Shown: positions 27,947 to 39,128 of the stretch, piece by piece
Numbering within the stretch: the first letter of the stretch is position 1
Layout: each line of letters begins with the position of its first letter
DNA from: Salinivirgaceae bacterium
GTDB lineage: Bacteria; Bacteroidota; Bacteroidia; Bacteroidales; SZUA-534
Assembly (NCBI GenBank): GCA_050251815.1
Contig: JBFWMB010000008.1
Location: 2,457-66,456 of the forward strand
Direction of reading: 5' to 3'
DNA length: 64,000 nucleotides
Notes under the pieces: generated by a model
What the model was told of the DNA's origin: nothing
Databases searched by the model: none
What the model saw: only the letters and a program-made list of their open reading frames with translations
Made by a program: the position numbers and the translations under genes

Positions 27947-30928
27947 CTAAAGCGTACGTTTTACCTCAACTTCTTCGTAGGCTTCAATTACATCGCCCAT
28001 TTTTATGTCGTTGAATTTTTCGATATTCAGACCGCATTCGTATCCGGCGGCAACTTCTTTCACGTCGTCTTTAAAGCGTTTGAGTGAGCCCAGATCGCCA
28101 CTGTAAACCACAATACCATCGCGGATGATTCGGATTTTAGACGAACGTTTGATTTTTCCGTCGCGTACGTAGCAACCGGCAACAGTTCCCACCTTGGTAA
28201 TCTTAAACACTTCACGAATTTCAACGGTTGCTGTAATTTCTTCTTTAATGTCGGGCGAAAGCATGCCTTCCATAGCATCTTTAACCTCATTTATGGCATC
28301 GTAAATTACCGAATACAGGCGTATGTCGATTTCCTCTTTTTCGGCCAACTTACGAGCAGCCATCGACGGGCGAACCTGGAAGCCAATAATAATGGCATCA
28401 GAAGCTGCAGCAAGCAATACATCCGACTCCGAAATCTGACCTACCGCTTTATGTTTCACATTAACCTGAATCTCTTCGGTCGATAATTTGATCAATGAGT
28501 CGGTAAGCGCTTCTATTGAACCATCAACGTCACCTTTAACAATTACATTCAATTCCTGGAAGTTTCCAATGGCTATCCTACGACCAATTTCGTCGAGTGT
28601 AATGTGTTTCTGGGTACGCAAGCCCTGCTCACGCGCCAATTGTTGACGTCGGTTGGCAATTTCTTTTGCCTCGCGGTCACTATCCATCACATTAAACTTA
28701 TCACCAGCTTGCGAAGCTCCGTTCAATCCCAATATTTGCACGGGTGTCGAAGGTCCAGCTTCGGTAACGGCTTCGTTACGTTCGTTATACATGGCTTTTA
28801 CGTGTCCGGTGTGATTTCCGGCTAATAAAATATCACCAATTCTAAGAGTTCCGGTCTGAACCAGTATGGTAGTAACATATCCACGGCCTTTATCCAGGGT
28901 AGCTTCTATTACGGTACCCGATGCTTTGCGGTTGGGGTTTGCTTTTAAATCGAGTAATTCAGCCTCAAGCATTACTTTATCAAGTAATTCGTAAATATTT
29001 ATTCCATTTTTAGCTGAAATGTCCTGCGATTGATATTTTCCACCCCATTCTTCAACCAAAAGGTTCATATTGGCCAGACCTTCCTTTATTTTGTCGGGAT
29101 TTGCTCCGGGCTTATCAATTTTATTAATGGCAAAAACAAGCGGAACATTGGCAGCCTGAGCGTGATTAATTGCTTCTACCGTTTGAGGCATAATGCTGTC
29201 GTCGGCAGCCACAATAATAATAGCTACGTCAGTTATCTGAGCACCACGGGCACGCATCGCTGTAAAGGCTTCGTGACCGGGAGTGTCGAGGAAAGTAATT
29301 TTTCGGCCGTCTTCCATGGTAACGCTATAGGCACCAATATGTTGGGTGATTCCCCCGGCTTCGCCCGAAATTACATTTGTTTTACGAATATAGTCGAGCA
29401 GTGATGTTTTACCGTGGTCAACGTGACCCATAACCGTAACAATGGGAGGACGAGCAATCAAATCTTCTTCGGCGTCTTCCTCTTCGTTCGAAATAGCTTC
29501 GAGTAATTCGGCACTTACAAATTCTACAATATATCCAAATTCGTCGGCAACCAGAGCCATTGTTTCGGCATCGAGCCGCTGATTAATTGAAACAAACAAA
29601 CCAAGATTCATGCAAGTACCAATAACCTGGTTTACCGGCACATCCATCATGTTTGCCAATTCGTTTACCGATACAAACTCGGTAACTTTAATAATATTTT
29701 TTTCTGATTCAATTTTCGCCAAATCATCCTGATGCTTTTGGCTAACTATATCGCGTTTTTCGCGGCGGTATTTTGAACCTTTGCTTTTTCCTTTGGTTGC
29801 AGTGAGTCGGGCCAGGGTGTCTTTAATCTGTTTTTGCACATCCTCCTCGTTCACCTCTTTTTTAAGTGGTCGCTTTTGTCCTTTTTTAGGCAGCACCGTT
29901 TTGGCTTTAGCTGTTTTAGGATTCCGGCTGTCGACTTCGTTCGAAACCTCCACTTTATCTTTTTTAATACGCTTGCGCTTTTTCTTTTTGCGGTCGTCGT
30001 CGGCTGAACTTCCTGGCTGTCCCGGACGGCGAGGTTCGGTGGGTAATTCAATTTTACCAACGACTGTCGGACCAGAAAGCCTGTCGACCTTACGCTGAAT
30101 AAAATTATCATCGGCACTTGTTTTTTCATCAGCGCCTTCTTTTTCAGAAGAATCCCCCGGTTTTCTTACTTTTTCGCGATCTTTGCGTTCTTTTGCTTTC
30201 TCTTCTTTCGATTTCCGTGCCGGCCGGGTTTTTTGATTCAGCATCTCCAAATCAATCTTACCAATCACCTTAACATCTTCGAGTTGTTCTATCTGCGTTT
30301 TAATTTCTTCGTTAACTTCTTCAGCCTTTTTTTCTGTAGTTACAGGTTTTTCCGGCTCAACAATCTTTTCTTCTTTGGCTGCAACAGGCTCCCTTTTCTT
30401 TTCCGGAGCTTTGGTTTCGGGTTTGGGTTCAGGCTTTTCCGGTTTTTTTGTTTCTTCCGCAGCTGGCTTTCCTTTTTTAGCTTCCAAATCGATTTTACCC
30501 ACAACCTTTACTTTAGGACTTTCAACCGGGGTTGTTTCCACGGGCTTGGGTTCGGGTTTTGGTTCAGCTTTTACCTGAGGTTTAAGTTCTTTTTCTTTGG
30601 GTTTGTGGCTGCTAAGATCTTTAACAATCACTTCTTCAGGTTCATTTTCCGGTTCGTCGTCCGACTCATCAAAATCGGAATCGGCAGATATGGCCTCTTG
30701 CCTACCCCGGTGTAATCCCAGCTCTAATTTTTCAGACTCCTCTTTTACCCTGATGTCGGTACTATACTCCTTAAGTAACATGGAATATACATTTGCGGGT
30801 ACTTTGCTGTTTGGGTTTGTGTCTAGCTCAATTCCCTTCTTTTGCAGGAATTCAACCATGGTATTGATCCCAACATTAAGCTCTTTAGCAATTTTACTGA
30901 GTCTTTTTACTTGATTGGCGTCTGTCAT
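27947..30928 (-). CDS. infB: translation initiation factor IF-2
   Basis: 993 aa. Low-complexity K/E/P-rich N-terminal half, then the GTPase motifs [19 protein letters not shown] and NKID, then C-terminal IF-2 domains. Confidence 0.97.
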   Translation of the reverse strand: MTDANQVKRLSKIAKELNVGINTMVEFLQKKGIELDTNPNSKVPANVYSMLLKEYSTDIRVKEESEKLELGLHRGRQEAISADSDFDESDDEPENEPEEVIVKDLSSHKPKEKELKPQVKAEPKPEPKPVETTPVESPKVKVVGKIDLEAKKGKPAAEETKKPEKPEPKPETKAPEKKREPVAAKEEKIVEPEKPVTTEKKAEEVNEEIKTQIEQLEDVKVIGKIDLEMLNQKTRPARKSKEEKAKERKDREKVRKPGDSSEKEGADEKTSADDNFIQRKVDRLSGPTVVGKIELPTEPRRPGQPGSSADDDRKKKKRKRIKKDKVEVSNEVDSRNPKTAKAKTVLPKKGQKRPLKKEVNEEDVQKQIKDTLARLTATKGKSKGSKYRREKRDIVSQKHQDDLAKIESEKNIIKVTEFVSVNELANMMDVPVNQVIGTCMNLGLFVSINQRLDAETMALVADEFGYIVEFVSAELLEAISNEEEDAEEDLIARPPIVTVMGHVDHGKTSLLDYIRKTNVISGEAGGITQHIGAYSVTMEDGRKITFLDTPGHEAFTAMRARGAQITDVAIIIVAADDSIMPQTVEAINHAQAANVPLVFAINKIDKPGANPDKIKEGLANMNLLVEEWGGKYQSQDISAKNGINIYELLDKVMLEAELLDLKANPNRKASGTVIEATLDKGRGYVTTILVQTGTLRIGDILLAGNHTGHVKAMYNERNEAVTEAGPSTPVQILGLNGASQAGDKFNVMDSDREAKEIANRRQQLAREQGLRTQKHITLDEIGRRIAIGNFQELNVIVKGDVDGSIEALTDSLIKLSTEEIQVNVKHKAVGQISESDVLLAAASDAIIIGFQVRPSMAARKLAEKEEIDIRLYSVIYDAINEVKDAMEGMLSPDIKEEITATVEIREVFKITKVGTVAGCYVRDGKIKRSSKIRIIRDGIVVYSGDLGSLKRFKDDVKEVAAGYECGLNIEKFNDIKMGDVIEAYEEVEVKRTL

Positions 30929-30986
30929 TTCTTGACCTTTACTAATTTACTTTGTTAAAAATGAACCTAAAAATCCCTGAACCGGC

Positions 30987-32222
30987 TTAGTCAAATTCAG
31001 CTCTTAGGACTCTAATTACCTCATTAATAGTTTCTTCTTCCAAATCGGTCCGCTTAACCAAATCTTCCATGCTCAAATCAAGAACGCTTTTGGCCGTATC
31101 GCAACCGATACCTTTTAATACATCGAGTACCCAACCTTCAATCTCGTCGGTGAATTCATCCAAATCAACGTCTTCGTCGTCTTCGGTAGTTTCGCGGTAC
31201 ACGTCAATTTCGTAGCCGGTAAGCTGGCTGGCCAGTTTAATATTTGACCCCCCTTTACCAATGGCTAGTGAAACCTGATCGGGCATCAAGAAAACATCGG
31301 CACGTTTGTCTTCTTCATTCAATTTTATCAAAGAAACTTTTGCCGGACTTAATGCACGCTGAATATATAGCTGGGTATTGTTTGTAAAGTTAATTACATC
31401 GATGTTTTCGTTTTTGAGCTCCCGCACTATGCCGTGAATCCTGGAACCTTTCATTCCTACGCAGGCTCCAACAGGGTCAACACGGTCGTCGTAAGATTCA
31501 ACAGCCACTTTTGCACGTTCACCGGGAATGCGTTTAATGTTTTTAATGGTGATTAAACCATCAAAAATCTCAGGAACTTCCATTTCGAATAAACGCTCCA
31601 GGAAGATTGGGCTGGTTCTGGAAAGAATAATAAGTGGCGTGCTGTTGCGCATCTCAACACGCAATACAACTGCCCGTACGCTATCTCCTTTTCGGAAGTA
31701 ATCGGATGGAATTTGCTCGGTTTTTGGCAATATGAGTTCGTTGCCTTCGTCGTCAACAACCATAATTTCTTTTTTCCAAACCTGATAAACTTCTCCGGTT
31801 ACAATTTCTCCAATGCGATTTTTGTATTTTCCGTAAATATTATCCTTTTCAAGTTCAAGAATTCGTGAGGTTAGGTTTTGCCGAAGTGCTAAAATTGCCC
31901 TGCGTCCAAAATCGGCCAGTTTTACTTCATCCGTCACATCTTCACCTACCTCATAGTCTGCATCAATCTTTTTGGCTGCAGTAATTGAAATTTGAGTGTT
32001 TGGATCTTCAAGATCTTCGTCGGCAACCACTTCACGATTACGCCAAATTTCAAAGTCACCTTTATCGATGTTTATAATTACATCAAAATTTTCATCTGTA
32101 CCGTATCGTTTAACCAAAACACTCCGGAATACATCTTCCAGAACCCGCATCATGGTTGGGCGATCGATATTTTTCAGTTCTTTAAACTCCGAAAAGGTGT
32201 CTATAAGATTCAAGTTTTCCAT
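30987..32222 (-). CDS. nusA: transcription termination/antitermination factor NusA
   Basis: 411 aa with an S1 region (GEIVTGEVYQV), KH domains (DPVGACVGMKGSRI, AIGKGGSNIKLAS) and an acidic C-terminus. Confidence 0.96.
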   Translation of the reverse strand: MENLNLIDTFSEFKELKNIDRPTMMRVLEDVFRSVLVKRYGTDENFDVIINIDKGDFEIWRNREVVADEDLEDPNTQISITAAKKIDADYEVGEDVTDEVKLADFGRRAILALRQNLTSRILELEKDNIYGKYKNRIGEIVTGEVYQVWKKEIMVVDDEGNELILPKTEQIPSDYFRKGDSVRAVVLRVEMRNSTPLIILSRTSPIFLERLFEMEVPEIFDGLITIKNIKRIPGERAKVAVESYDDRVDPVGACVGMKGSRIHGIVRELKNENIDVINFTNNTQLYIQRALSPAKVSLIKLNEEDKRADVFLMPDQVSLAIGKGGSNIKLASQLTGYEIDVYRETTEDDEDVDLDEFTDEIEGWVLDVLKGIGCDTAKSVLDLSMEDLVKRTDLEEETINEVIRVLRAEFD

Positions 32223-32243
32223 TTCTTTTATGCTAAACTTCCG

Positions 32244-32708
32244 TTAAAATATTATTATCTCTTTTACCGATTTTGCCTCAGTAAAACCAATAGTTTTTTC
32301 TTTTTCTACCTGCACGGGCCTTTTTGCACCTTCGGGTTTTTCCTTAACCGAATATCTCAGTGTAAAATTCTCATCGTTCACGCTAAGCAGGTTTCCCTGT
32401 AGTTTTTCTCCATTTATAAAAAGAACTTCAATGGTTCGGCCAATCGCTTTCTGATATTGCCCTATTACTTTAAAGGGATAACCAATGCCGGGAGACGAAA
32501 CCTCTAACGCAAAATCTTCTGTTTCGCGATCGAGTGAATGCTCCACATGTCTGCTTATGGCAACGCACTGATCGATGCTGACTCCCTGAGGAGAATCAAC
32601 AAAAATACCAATGTTGTTCCTGGCATCTACCTTTATATCAACCAGAAAAAGATCGGTATCCTGTGTTTTTTCGTTCACTAAGTGTTCAACTGTCTTAACG
32701 TCGATCAT
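32244..32708 (-). CDS. rimP: ribosome maturation factor RimP
   Basis: 154 aa immediately upstream of nusA. LEVSSPGIGYPF is the RimP motif. Confidence 0.9.
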   Translation of the reverse strand: MIDVKTVEHLVNEKTQDTDLFLVDIKVDARNNIGIFVDSPQGVSIDQCVAISRHVEHSLDRETEDFALEVSSPGIGYPFKVIGQYQKAIGRTIEVLFINGEKLQGNLLSVNDENFTLRYSVKEKPEGAKRPVQVEKEKTIGFTEAKSVKEIIIF

Positions 32709-32718
32709 AACAAATCTC

Positions 32719-32747
32719 CAATAAAACAGGGGACTACAGGTCCCCTG
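32719..32747 (-). promoter_or_regulatory. leader hairpin plus U-tract (candidate attenuator) upstream of rimP-nusA-infB
   Basis: On the - strand, CAGGGGAC-CTGTA-GTCCCCTG (8-bp stem, 6 G:C pairs) is followed by TTTTATT and ends about 10 nt before the rimP ATG. The upstream neighbour is divergent, so this cannot be another gene's terminator. Confidence 0.55.
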
Positions 32748-32973
32748 ATGTGTGCTAACCCCACAATAATTGCCTGCAAAAGTAGAAAGAAATATCTGAA
32801 GTGCAAAATATTACACTGAAAATTAAAGGCTTTCAGTAAAAATTTGCACCTTTAAGGGCTTGTTACAAAGTGATTTTTTGTTAAAAAAGGGGTAATTCTT
32901 TCGGATGACTTGCTGCTTTGTTTTACTTTAGCTTTGATTTAATTTAATAAACTGATTTAATGCACGAACGTGA

Positions 32974-34218
32974 ATGAACACACGAAAAATAATAAACGAC
33001 CCGATTTATGGCTTAATTGAACTGCCTCGCGGCAAGGTTTTCAATCTAATTGAACACCCCTGGTTTCAACGCTTGCGACGAATCAGACAGTTGGGCCTTA
33101 CCGAGCTGGTATATCCGGGAGCCCGTCACACCCGGTTTCATCATGCTTTAGGTGCCACTTACTTAATTACTATGGCTCTTGATGTACTACGTTCGAAAGG
33201 ACACATTATAAAAGCCGAAGAAGCTGAAGCGACTATTACTGCAATTTTACTTCACGATATTGGACATGGCCCTTTTTCACATGCGCTGGAGCACCAAATG
33301 GTAAATGTACGGCATGAACAGCTTTCGCTACTTTTTATGGAAGCCCTAAATAAACAAATGAATGGAACCCTTGATATGGCTATTGCCATTTTTACCAACC
33401 AATACGAAAAAGGGTATTTGCATCAATTGGTTTCAAGCCAGTTAGATGTGGATCGGTTGGACTACCTGCGTCGTGACAGTTTTTTTACCGGTGTTTCGGA
33501 AGGGGTAGTAAGTAGCGACCGGATTATTAAAATGCTCGATGTGGTTGACGACCAACTGGTGGTAGAAAAAAAAGGTATATATTCCATTGAAAAATTTTTG
33601 ATCGCACGCCGCTTAATGTACTGGCAGGTGTATTTACACAAAACAGTTCATGCGGCTGAACAATTGGTGCTGAGCATCTTAAAAAGAGCCTCTTTTTTAG
33701 CACAACAGGGTATTGATTTGTTTGGAACCCCGGCCATGCGCTTTTTCCTTTACAATAAAGTTACGCTCAACGATTTTAAAAACCCAGACATAAGAGCTCA
33801 CGGAAAAAATGTGCTTGAACTGTTTGCTTTGCTCGATGATGACGATTTGATTGCTTCCATAAAAGTTTGGGTCAATCATGAGGACCCGGTGCTATCAAGA
33901 CTTTGTGCCTGTTTTGTGAATCGCACCTTATTTAAAAACCTGATTCAGGATAAGCCTTTTGAAAGTGATCAGGTTGCCCGGTTAAAAGAAAAAGTTAGCC
34001 AGGCTTATAAAATTCCTTTAGCTGACGCCTCGTATTTTGTAATTTCTGATACTATCGAAAATAGTGCCTACAAGCAGGAAACTGACAAAATACTGATTAA
34101 AGAAAAAGACGGAACAGTAACTGAAATTGTTAACGTTGCTGACATGTTAAATATCCGCGCCCTTTCGGGAACTGTGAGTAAATACTTTTTGTGTTACCCG
34201 AAAGAAATTGTCGTCTGA
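32974..34218 (+). CDS. HD-domain phosphohydrolase (dGTPase-like)
   Basis: 414 aa. RFHHALGA...LLHDIGHGPFSH...DVDRLDYLRRD is the HD superfamily pattern. Confidence 0.88.
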   Translation: MNTRKIINDPIYGLIELPRGKVFNLIEHPWFQRLRRIRQLGLTELVYPGARHTRFHHALGATYLITMALDVLRSKGHIIKAEEAEATITAILLHDIGHGPFSHALEHQMVNVRHEQLSLLFMEALNKQMNGTLDMAIAIFTNQYEKGYLHQLVSSQLDVDRLDYLRRDSFFTGVSEGVVSSDRIIKMLDVVDDQLVVEKKGIYSIEKFLIARRLMYWQVYLHKTVHAAEQLVLSILKRASFLAQQGIDLFGTPAMRFFLYNKVTLNDFKNPDIRAHGKNVLELFALLDDDDLIASIKVWVNHEDPVLSRLCACFVNRTLFKNLIQDKPFESDQVARLKEKVSQAYKIPLADASYFVISDTIENSAYKQETDKILIKEKDGTVTEIVNVADMLNIRALSGTVSKYFLCYPKEIVV

Positions 34219-34286
34219 TTTAAAGCATTCACCGGAATATTTTGATGTTTCGCCGCAATAACTATGAATTATTTACCATTGTTTTT

Positions 34287-34294
34287 TAGCTTTG
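34287..34294 (+). promoter_or_regulatory. candidate -7 promoter element (TAnnTTTG) for lpxD
   Basis: TAGCTTTG lies 23 nt upstream of the lpxD ATG. Confidence 0.4.
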
Positions 34295-34316
34295 CCACAA
34301 ATTTTAATCATTCAAT

Positions 34317-35360
34317 ATGGAATTTTCAGCGAATCAGATAGCGGGATTTTTAAAAGGTCGTGTAGAAGGGGATGGCGAGGTAAAAGTCAGCAACGTTTCA
34401 AAAATTGAAGAGGGAGCAAAAGGCACGCTATCCTTTTTAGCAAATCCCAAATACACGCATTATATTTACCAAACCCAGGCATCGATAGTGCTGGTTAACA
34501 ATAGTTTTAAGGTTGAAAAAGCCATCAATACCACGTTAATTTATGTTGAAGATGCCTATCAGGCATTTGCTTCGCTGCTTGAGATGGTTGCATCGGCTCT
34601 TTTCGAAGAAAAAACCGGAATAGAGCAACCCTGCCATATTCACGAAACAGCCAGCTGCGGCGATAATGTTTATGTGGGTGCTTTTGCTTATGTTGGTAAG
34701 AATGTAAAAATTGGAAACAACGTAAAAATTTATCCCCAGGTATATATTGGCGATAACGTTACCATTGGTAACGATGTTACGCTATTTGCCGGAGCAAAAA
34801 TTTATCACGACTGTATGCTGGGTAATCATGTTACACTCCATGCAGGCACTGTTGTTGGTGCCGACGGATTTGGCTTTGCCCCAACCGATACGGCTAATTA
34901 CAAAAAAATTCCTCAGATTGGGAACGTAATTCTTGAAGATTATGTTGAGATTGGCGCCAACAGTACCATCGATCGGGCTACTATGGGTTCAACCATTATC
35001 CGTAAAGGTGTTAAGCTTGATAATATGGTACACATTGCACACAACGTAGAAGTTGGAGAAAATACCGTTATGGCAGCACAATGCGGGGTTGCCGGCTCAA
35101 CAAAAATTGGTGCCGACTGTATGTTTGGCGGACAGGTTGGACTGGCTCCGCACATTAGCATTGCCAAAGGAACAAAACTGGGGGCCAAAAGTGGTGTAAA
35201 TTCAAGCATAAAAAAAGAAGGTGCAACTATGATTGGAGCTCCAGTACAGGATTACAGCGAATGGGCCAAATCGTATGTACATTTTCGTAATTTTCCCAAA
35301 TTAGTTACACGCCTGAATGCTCTGGAAAAAGAGCTGGAAGAACTTAAGAAAAATAAGTAA
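34317..35360 (+). CDS. lpxD: UDP-3-O-acylglucosamine N-acyltransferase
   Basis: 347 aa. N-terminal LpxD domain (SFLANPKY), left-handed beta-helix hexapeptide repeats and GADGFGF. Confidence 0.93.
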   Translation: MEFSANQIAGFLKGRVEGDGEVKVSNVSKIEEGAKGTLSFLANPKYTHYIYQTQASIVLVNNSFKVEKAINTTLIYVEDAYQAFASLLEMVASALFEEKTGIEQPCHIHETASCGDNVYVGAFAYVGKNVKIGNNVKIYPQVYIGDNVTIGNDVTLFAGAKIYHDCMLGNHVTLHAGTVVGADGFGFAPTDTANYKKIPQIGNVILEDYVEIGANSTIDRATMGSTIIRKGVKLDNMVHIAHNVEVGENTVMAAQCGVAGSTKIGADCMFGGQVGLAPHISIAKGTKLGAKSGVNSSIKKEGATMIGAPVQDYSEWAKSYVHFRNFPKLVTRLNALEKELEELKKNK

Positions 35361-35380
35361 TCAAAAATATTTTATTGGTT

Positions 35381-35411
35381 AAAAAGCTATCCTGATTGGA
35401 TAGCTTTTTTT
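35381..35411. terminator. bidirectional terminator between lpxD and the TetR gene
   Basis: AGCTATCC/GGATAGCT 8-bp stem (35385-35392 / 35398-35405) with A- and T-runs on either side. Confidence 0.7.
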
Positions 35412-35422
35412 AATTTCATTTT

Positions 35423-36022
35423 TCAACATTTACAGATGCCGAAAAAAAGCACGGGTAATAATTCCTCAACATGCTGATTTAAGACATCGCGATTTTGACT
35501 GAGAACCGGCATTTCAAGTCCCTTTACAATGATCAACAGGGTTTTTGCAGTAGCGTCAATGTTTTCAATACTAAAACTTCCGTTTGCAACGCCATATTCC
35601 AGCAGGTTTTGTATTATTTCCAATTCCAATTTGTCGTACTTTTCACGTAAAGCCACAGCATTATCGAGCGACAAATACTGACTTTTTCTGAAATCGTACA
35701 GGTTTCCCAATCTTTTTATGCCTTCAAGTCTTGATTTTATGTATAACGACACCTTTTCGCGGGCATTATCAGTTTTGCCCAGTTCACCAAGAATCTGATC
35801 TTTAAGCTCACCTGCTTCCTGATCCAAAACCGCTTTATACAATTCCTCTTTGCTGTTAAAGTAATAATAAAGCGAACTTTTTCCCTTTTGTAATTCCTTG
35901 GCTATGTCGTCGATGGTTGTTTTCTTAAATCCATATTTGGTGAAAATATCCCGGGCAACCTTTAATACCTGATTTCGCATACTGTCTTTGGCAACAGCCA
36001 AATCATTGCTTTCTGTCTTCAT
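35423..36022 (-). CDS. TetR/AcrR family transcriptional regulator
   Basis: ORF trimmed to the ATG at 36022 (MKTESN...). The HTH region VARDIFTKYGFKKTTIDDIAKELQKGKSSLYYYF is a TetR_N signature. Confidence 0.88.
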   Translation of the reverse strand: MKTESNDLAVAKDSMRNQVLKVARDIFTKYGFKKTTIDDIAKELQKGKSSLYYYFNSKEELYKAVLDQEAGELKDQILGELGKTDNAREKVSLYIKSRLEGIKRLGNLYDFRKSQYLSLDNAVALREKYDKLELEIIQNLLEYGVANGSFSIENIDATAKTLLIIVKGLEMPVLSQNRDVLNQHVEELLPVLFFGICKC

Positions 36023-36210
36023 AAATATGCTTCCCTTTTTTGAACAAACGAATGATTTGTTCAAATGTAACAAATACCTGATAGGATGCAAAGCATTCAG
36101 TTTCTTTTTTGAATAAGGATTGTTTTACGCCCTAAAATTAGAATGTAATAATGTGGCAAAAAGCACCTTTCTTTGCTTCTGCACATTTTCGTGAACAACA
36201 AAACAACTGC

Positions 36211-38385
36211 TTACACCAGTTCAGGGAAAGGTGCCAACTCAAAATCGAGTTGTTTTTTTGCCAGATTTGCTGAAACTACCCGAATGGCAATGCTGTCGCC
36301 CATGGTAAAGCGTTTTTTATTTCGTTCCCCAATCAAAGCAAATTCCGCTTCATCGTACTCATAAAAATCGTCGGTAAGCGAGCGAACAGGAATCATGCCC
36401 TCACATTTGGTTTCGTTAAGTTCCACATAAATGCCCCATTGGGTAACTCCTGAAATAACTCCGCGGTACTCTTTACCCACATTGTCTTTCATAAATTCCA
36501 CCTGTTTGTATTTTATGGATGAACGCTCGGCAGTAGCTGCCAATTGTTCCATATCGGATGCGTGCCTGCACATTTCTTCGTACTTTTCCTGAACGGCCGA
36601 TTTTCCGCCTTTAAGGTATTGTTCCAGCAGCCGATGCACCATCATATCGGGATAACGGCGGATGGGTGAGGTAAAATGCGAATAGTAATCGAACGAAAGG
36701 CCGTAATGACCCAGGTTTTTGGTTGAATATTCGGCTTTTGCCATGGTTCTGATGGCCAGGGTTTCAACCACCGTTTGCTCATTTCGTCCCTGAACATTAC
36801 CCAGCAATTGATTCATAGATTCTGCAATCTTTTTCGGCGACTTGGTTTGCACCTGATAACCAAACCTTTTTATAAAGTGGGCAAAAGCATTCAGTTTTTC
36901 TTTATTTGGCTCGTCGTGAACGCGGTAAACAAAGGTCTTTATGGTTTTCTTTCCATCGGGTTTTCCAACAAACTCGGCAACCTGGCGGTTGGCCAGGAGC
37001 ATAAACTCCTCAACCAGTTGGTTACTTTCTTTGTTTTCCTTCAGGTAAACGCCAATGGGCCGGGCTTTGTCATCGAGCTGGAATTTAACTTCGCTTCGCT
37101 CAAAAGCTATGGAACCCATCTGAAACCTTTTGGCCCGAAGTTTTTGCGCCATTTGATGCAATACCAGGATTTCCTCTTTCAAATCACCTTCACCGGTTTC
37201 AATTACTTCCTGAGCTTCCTCGTAAGTAAAACGTCGGTCACTATTTATAATGGTGCGGCCAATCCAAGAGTTTATTACGTGTGCTTCGGCATCGAGTTCT
37301 ACTACGGTTGAGAAACAAAGTTTGTCTTCGTTCGGCCGCAGCGAGCAAATAAAGTTCGACAAACGCTCGGGCAACATGGGTACCACCCTGTCAACCAGGT
37401 AAACCGAAGTAGCCCGCTCATAAGCTTCTTTCTCAAGCACGGTATTTGGCCGTACATAGTGGGTTACATCGGCAATATGAATCCCCACCTCGATGTTTCC
37501 ATTCTTAAGTTTTTGATATGAAATAGCGTCATCAAAATCTTTTGCATCAAAAGGGTCGATGGTGAAGGTAGTAATGCTTCTAAAGTCGCGTCGCTGAGCA
37601 ATTTCTTCCTCGGTAATTTCTTCCGGGATGCGTTCTGCCGCATCCAATACTTTTTGAGGAAAAGCATAGGGCAAGCCAAACTCGGCTAGTATGGCATGCA
37701 TTTCCACTTCGTTCTCGCCCGGCATTCCTAAAACCTCAACCACTTCGCCAATAGGGTTTTTCTGGTTCTCAGGCCATTCAATAATTTTGGCAATGGCTTT
37801 TTGGCCGCTTTTGGCTTTCTTTAACTTGTCAAGCGGAATAAAAATATCGAAAGGCATTTGGTTTCGCTCCGGAATCAAAAAAGCAAAATGCTGCGAAACC
37901 TCGATGACTCCAACAAAAACCTCACGTTTGCGTTTTAAAATTTCAACTACTTCGCCCTCCACGTGATTCCGTTTTTTAAGTGCATACACGTAAACCCGGA
38001 CCACATCGTCGTGCAGGGCATGATTAAGGTTTTTTGCGGCCACAAAAACATCACGATCAATCTCATCAGAGACAATATATGCCGAGCCTTTGGCCGTTAA
38101 ATCAACTTTTCCGGTAATGTAATTGCCGGTAGTTTTCAGCTTAAATTTTCCGCGATGAATCTCAATCAAATCACCTTTGGCAGCCATTTCAATTAAACAA
38201 CCGTTTATGAGTTTTCGGGTATTGGCATCGGTAACGTGTAACAGAGTGGATAACTGTTTGTAATTCAATGAGCGACCCGGATCTTCGTTAAAAACAGATA
38301 GAATCTTATTTATCAGGGAGGGTTTGTTAAACGAAGCCTTCTTGCCTTTCTTCTTCCAGCCTTCTTTGCTTTTCTTTTTCGACAT
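36211..38385 (-). CDS. rnr: ribonuclease R
   Basis: 724 aa. RNB catalytic region (TIDPFDAKDFDDA, HYGL...YSHFTSPIRRYPD) and a C-terminal S1 domain (GVISGVTQWGIYVEL). Confidence 0.95.
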   Translation of the reverse strand: MSKKKSKEGWKKKGKKASFNKPSLINKILSVFNEDPGRSLNYKQLSTLLHVTDANTRKLINGCLIEMAAKGDLIEIHRGKFKLKTTGNYITGKVDLTAKGSAYIVSDEIDRDVFVAAKNLNHALHDDVVRVYVYALKKRNHVEGEVVEILKRKREVFVGVIEVSQHFAFLIPERNQMPFDIFIPLDKLKKAKSGQKAIAKIIEWPENQKNPIGEVVEVLGMPGENEVEMHAILAEFGLPYAFPQKVLDAAERIPEEITEEEIAQRRDFRSITTFTIDPFDAKDFDDAISYQKLKNGNIEVGIHIADVTHYVRPNTVLEKEAYERATSVYLVDRVVPMLPERLSNFICSLRPNEDKLCFSTVVELDAEAHVINSWIGRTIINSDRRFTYEEAQEVIETGEGDLKEEILVLHQMAQKLRAKRFQMGSIAFERSEVKFQLDDKARPIGVYLKENKESNQLVEEFMLLANRQVAEFVGKPDGKKTIKTFVYRVHDEPNKEKLNAFAHFIKRFGYQVQTKSPKKIAESMNQLLGNVQGRNEQTVVETLAIRTMAKAEYSTKNLGHYGLSFDYYSHFTSPIRRYPDMMVHRLLEQYLKGGKSAVQEKYEEMCRHASDMEQLAATAERSSIKYKQVEFMKDNVGKEYRGVISGVTQWGIYVELNETKCEGMIPVRSLTDDFYEYDEAEFALIGERNKKRFTMGDSIAIRVVSANLAKKQLDFELAPFPELV

Positions 38386-38390
38386 AGCGT

Positions 38391-38999
38391 TTAATTTATA
38401 TAAACCATTAAGCTAAAAGTTACCAAAAACCCCAATAAAAAACCGGCGTAGACCTGCGAGTGTGTATGTTCGCGAAGGTATAAGCGCGCTGAAGCTATAA
38501 GCCCGGCAATAAGAATGGCCAGCATGAGTAATCCATCTAACTGAATCTGATAGCGATGTCCCAATACAGATAACAAACCAATAATTCCACCAATTCCCAT
38601 GGTATGCAGGCTGATTTTCCATTTTAAATGGATAAATGCTGCCATTAAAACACAAATAAAAGCAGCCAACAGGTATTGTTGAAGAAACACCGGAACCATA
38701 TACCTATGCAACAGGTAATATCCAAAATAGTAGAATCCGGCTGTTATAAAAATGGGCAACAAGCGTTCATTTCTATCAGAAATTGTTATCCCGGTTATGA
38801 GCTTATGGTAATAAAAAAATGGCAATAGCGCCAGTGGAAAAATAACATTGGTAAGGGCAACTATTTTTATAATGGCCATACGGCTTTCGGATGGAAGCAA
38901 TGCCAAATGGCTGAAACTTAAAATAATTAGCACTCCAAACAGGGTCATAAAAACCGGATGAAGCACAAACGAGATAAGGAAAACTACTTTTTTTGTCAT
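38391..38999 (-). CDS. PAP2-like integral membrane protein
   Basis: 202 aa with 5-6 TM segments. SLHTMG and REHTHSQVYAGFLLG loosely resemble the PAP2 C2/C3 motifs (PSGH, SR...H...D). Weak assignment. Confidence 0.45.
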   Translation of the reverse strand: MTKKVVFLISFVLHPVFMTLFGVLIILSFSHLALLPSESRMAIIKIVALTNVIFPLALLPFFYYHKLITGITISDRNERLLPIFITAGFYYFGYYLLHRYMVPVFLQQYLLAAFICVLMAAFIHLKWKISLHTMGIGGIIGLLSVLGHRYQIQLDGLLMLAILIAGLIASARLYLREHTHSQVYAGFLLGFLVTFSLMVYIN

Positions 39000-39128
39000 G
39001 GTTTTAATTTTGCTTACGCAAGGTAAAATTTTTTACTTTGTGAAGGTGCAACAAAGTTTACAATATTACAACTCCTGTCTTAAAAACAGAAATTGAGTCC
39101 CTATCAGGACAGAATTAGCGGGGTGCAA

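Noticed and set aside
30233-30914. ORFs on the + strand antisense to the infB 5' region (160, 67 and 105 aa)
   Set aside because: They are low-complexity F/S/L-rich translations of the antisense of the K/E/P-rich IF-2 N-terminus and lie entirely within a high-confidence gene.
36775-37311. Long antisense ORFs inside rnr (178 aa), and likewise inside cysS (42699..43223), metY (46678..47211), metH/spacer (54055..54525) and ruvB (59670..60140)
   Set aside because: Each lies fully opposite a strongly supported conserved gene and shows no recognisable motifs. These are shadow ORFs.
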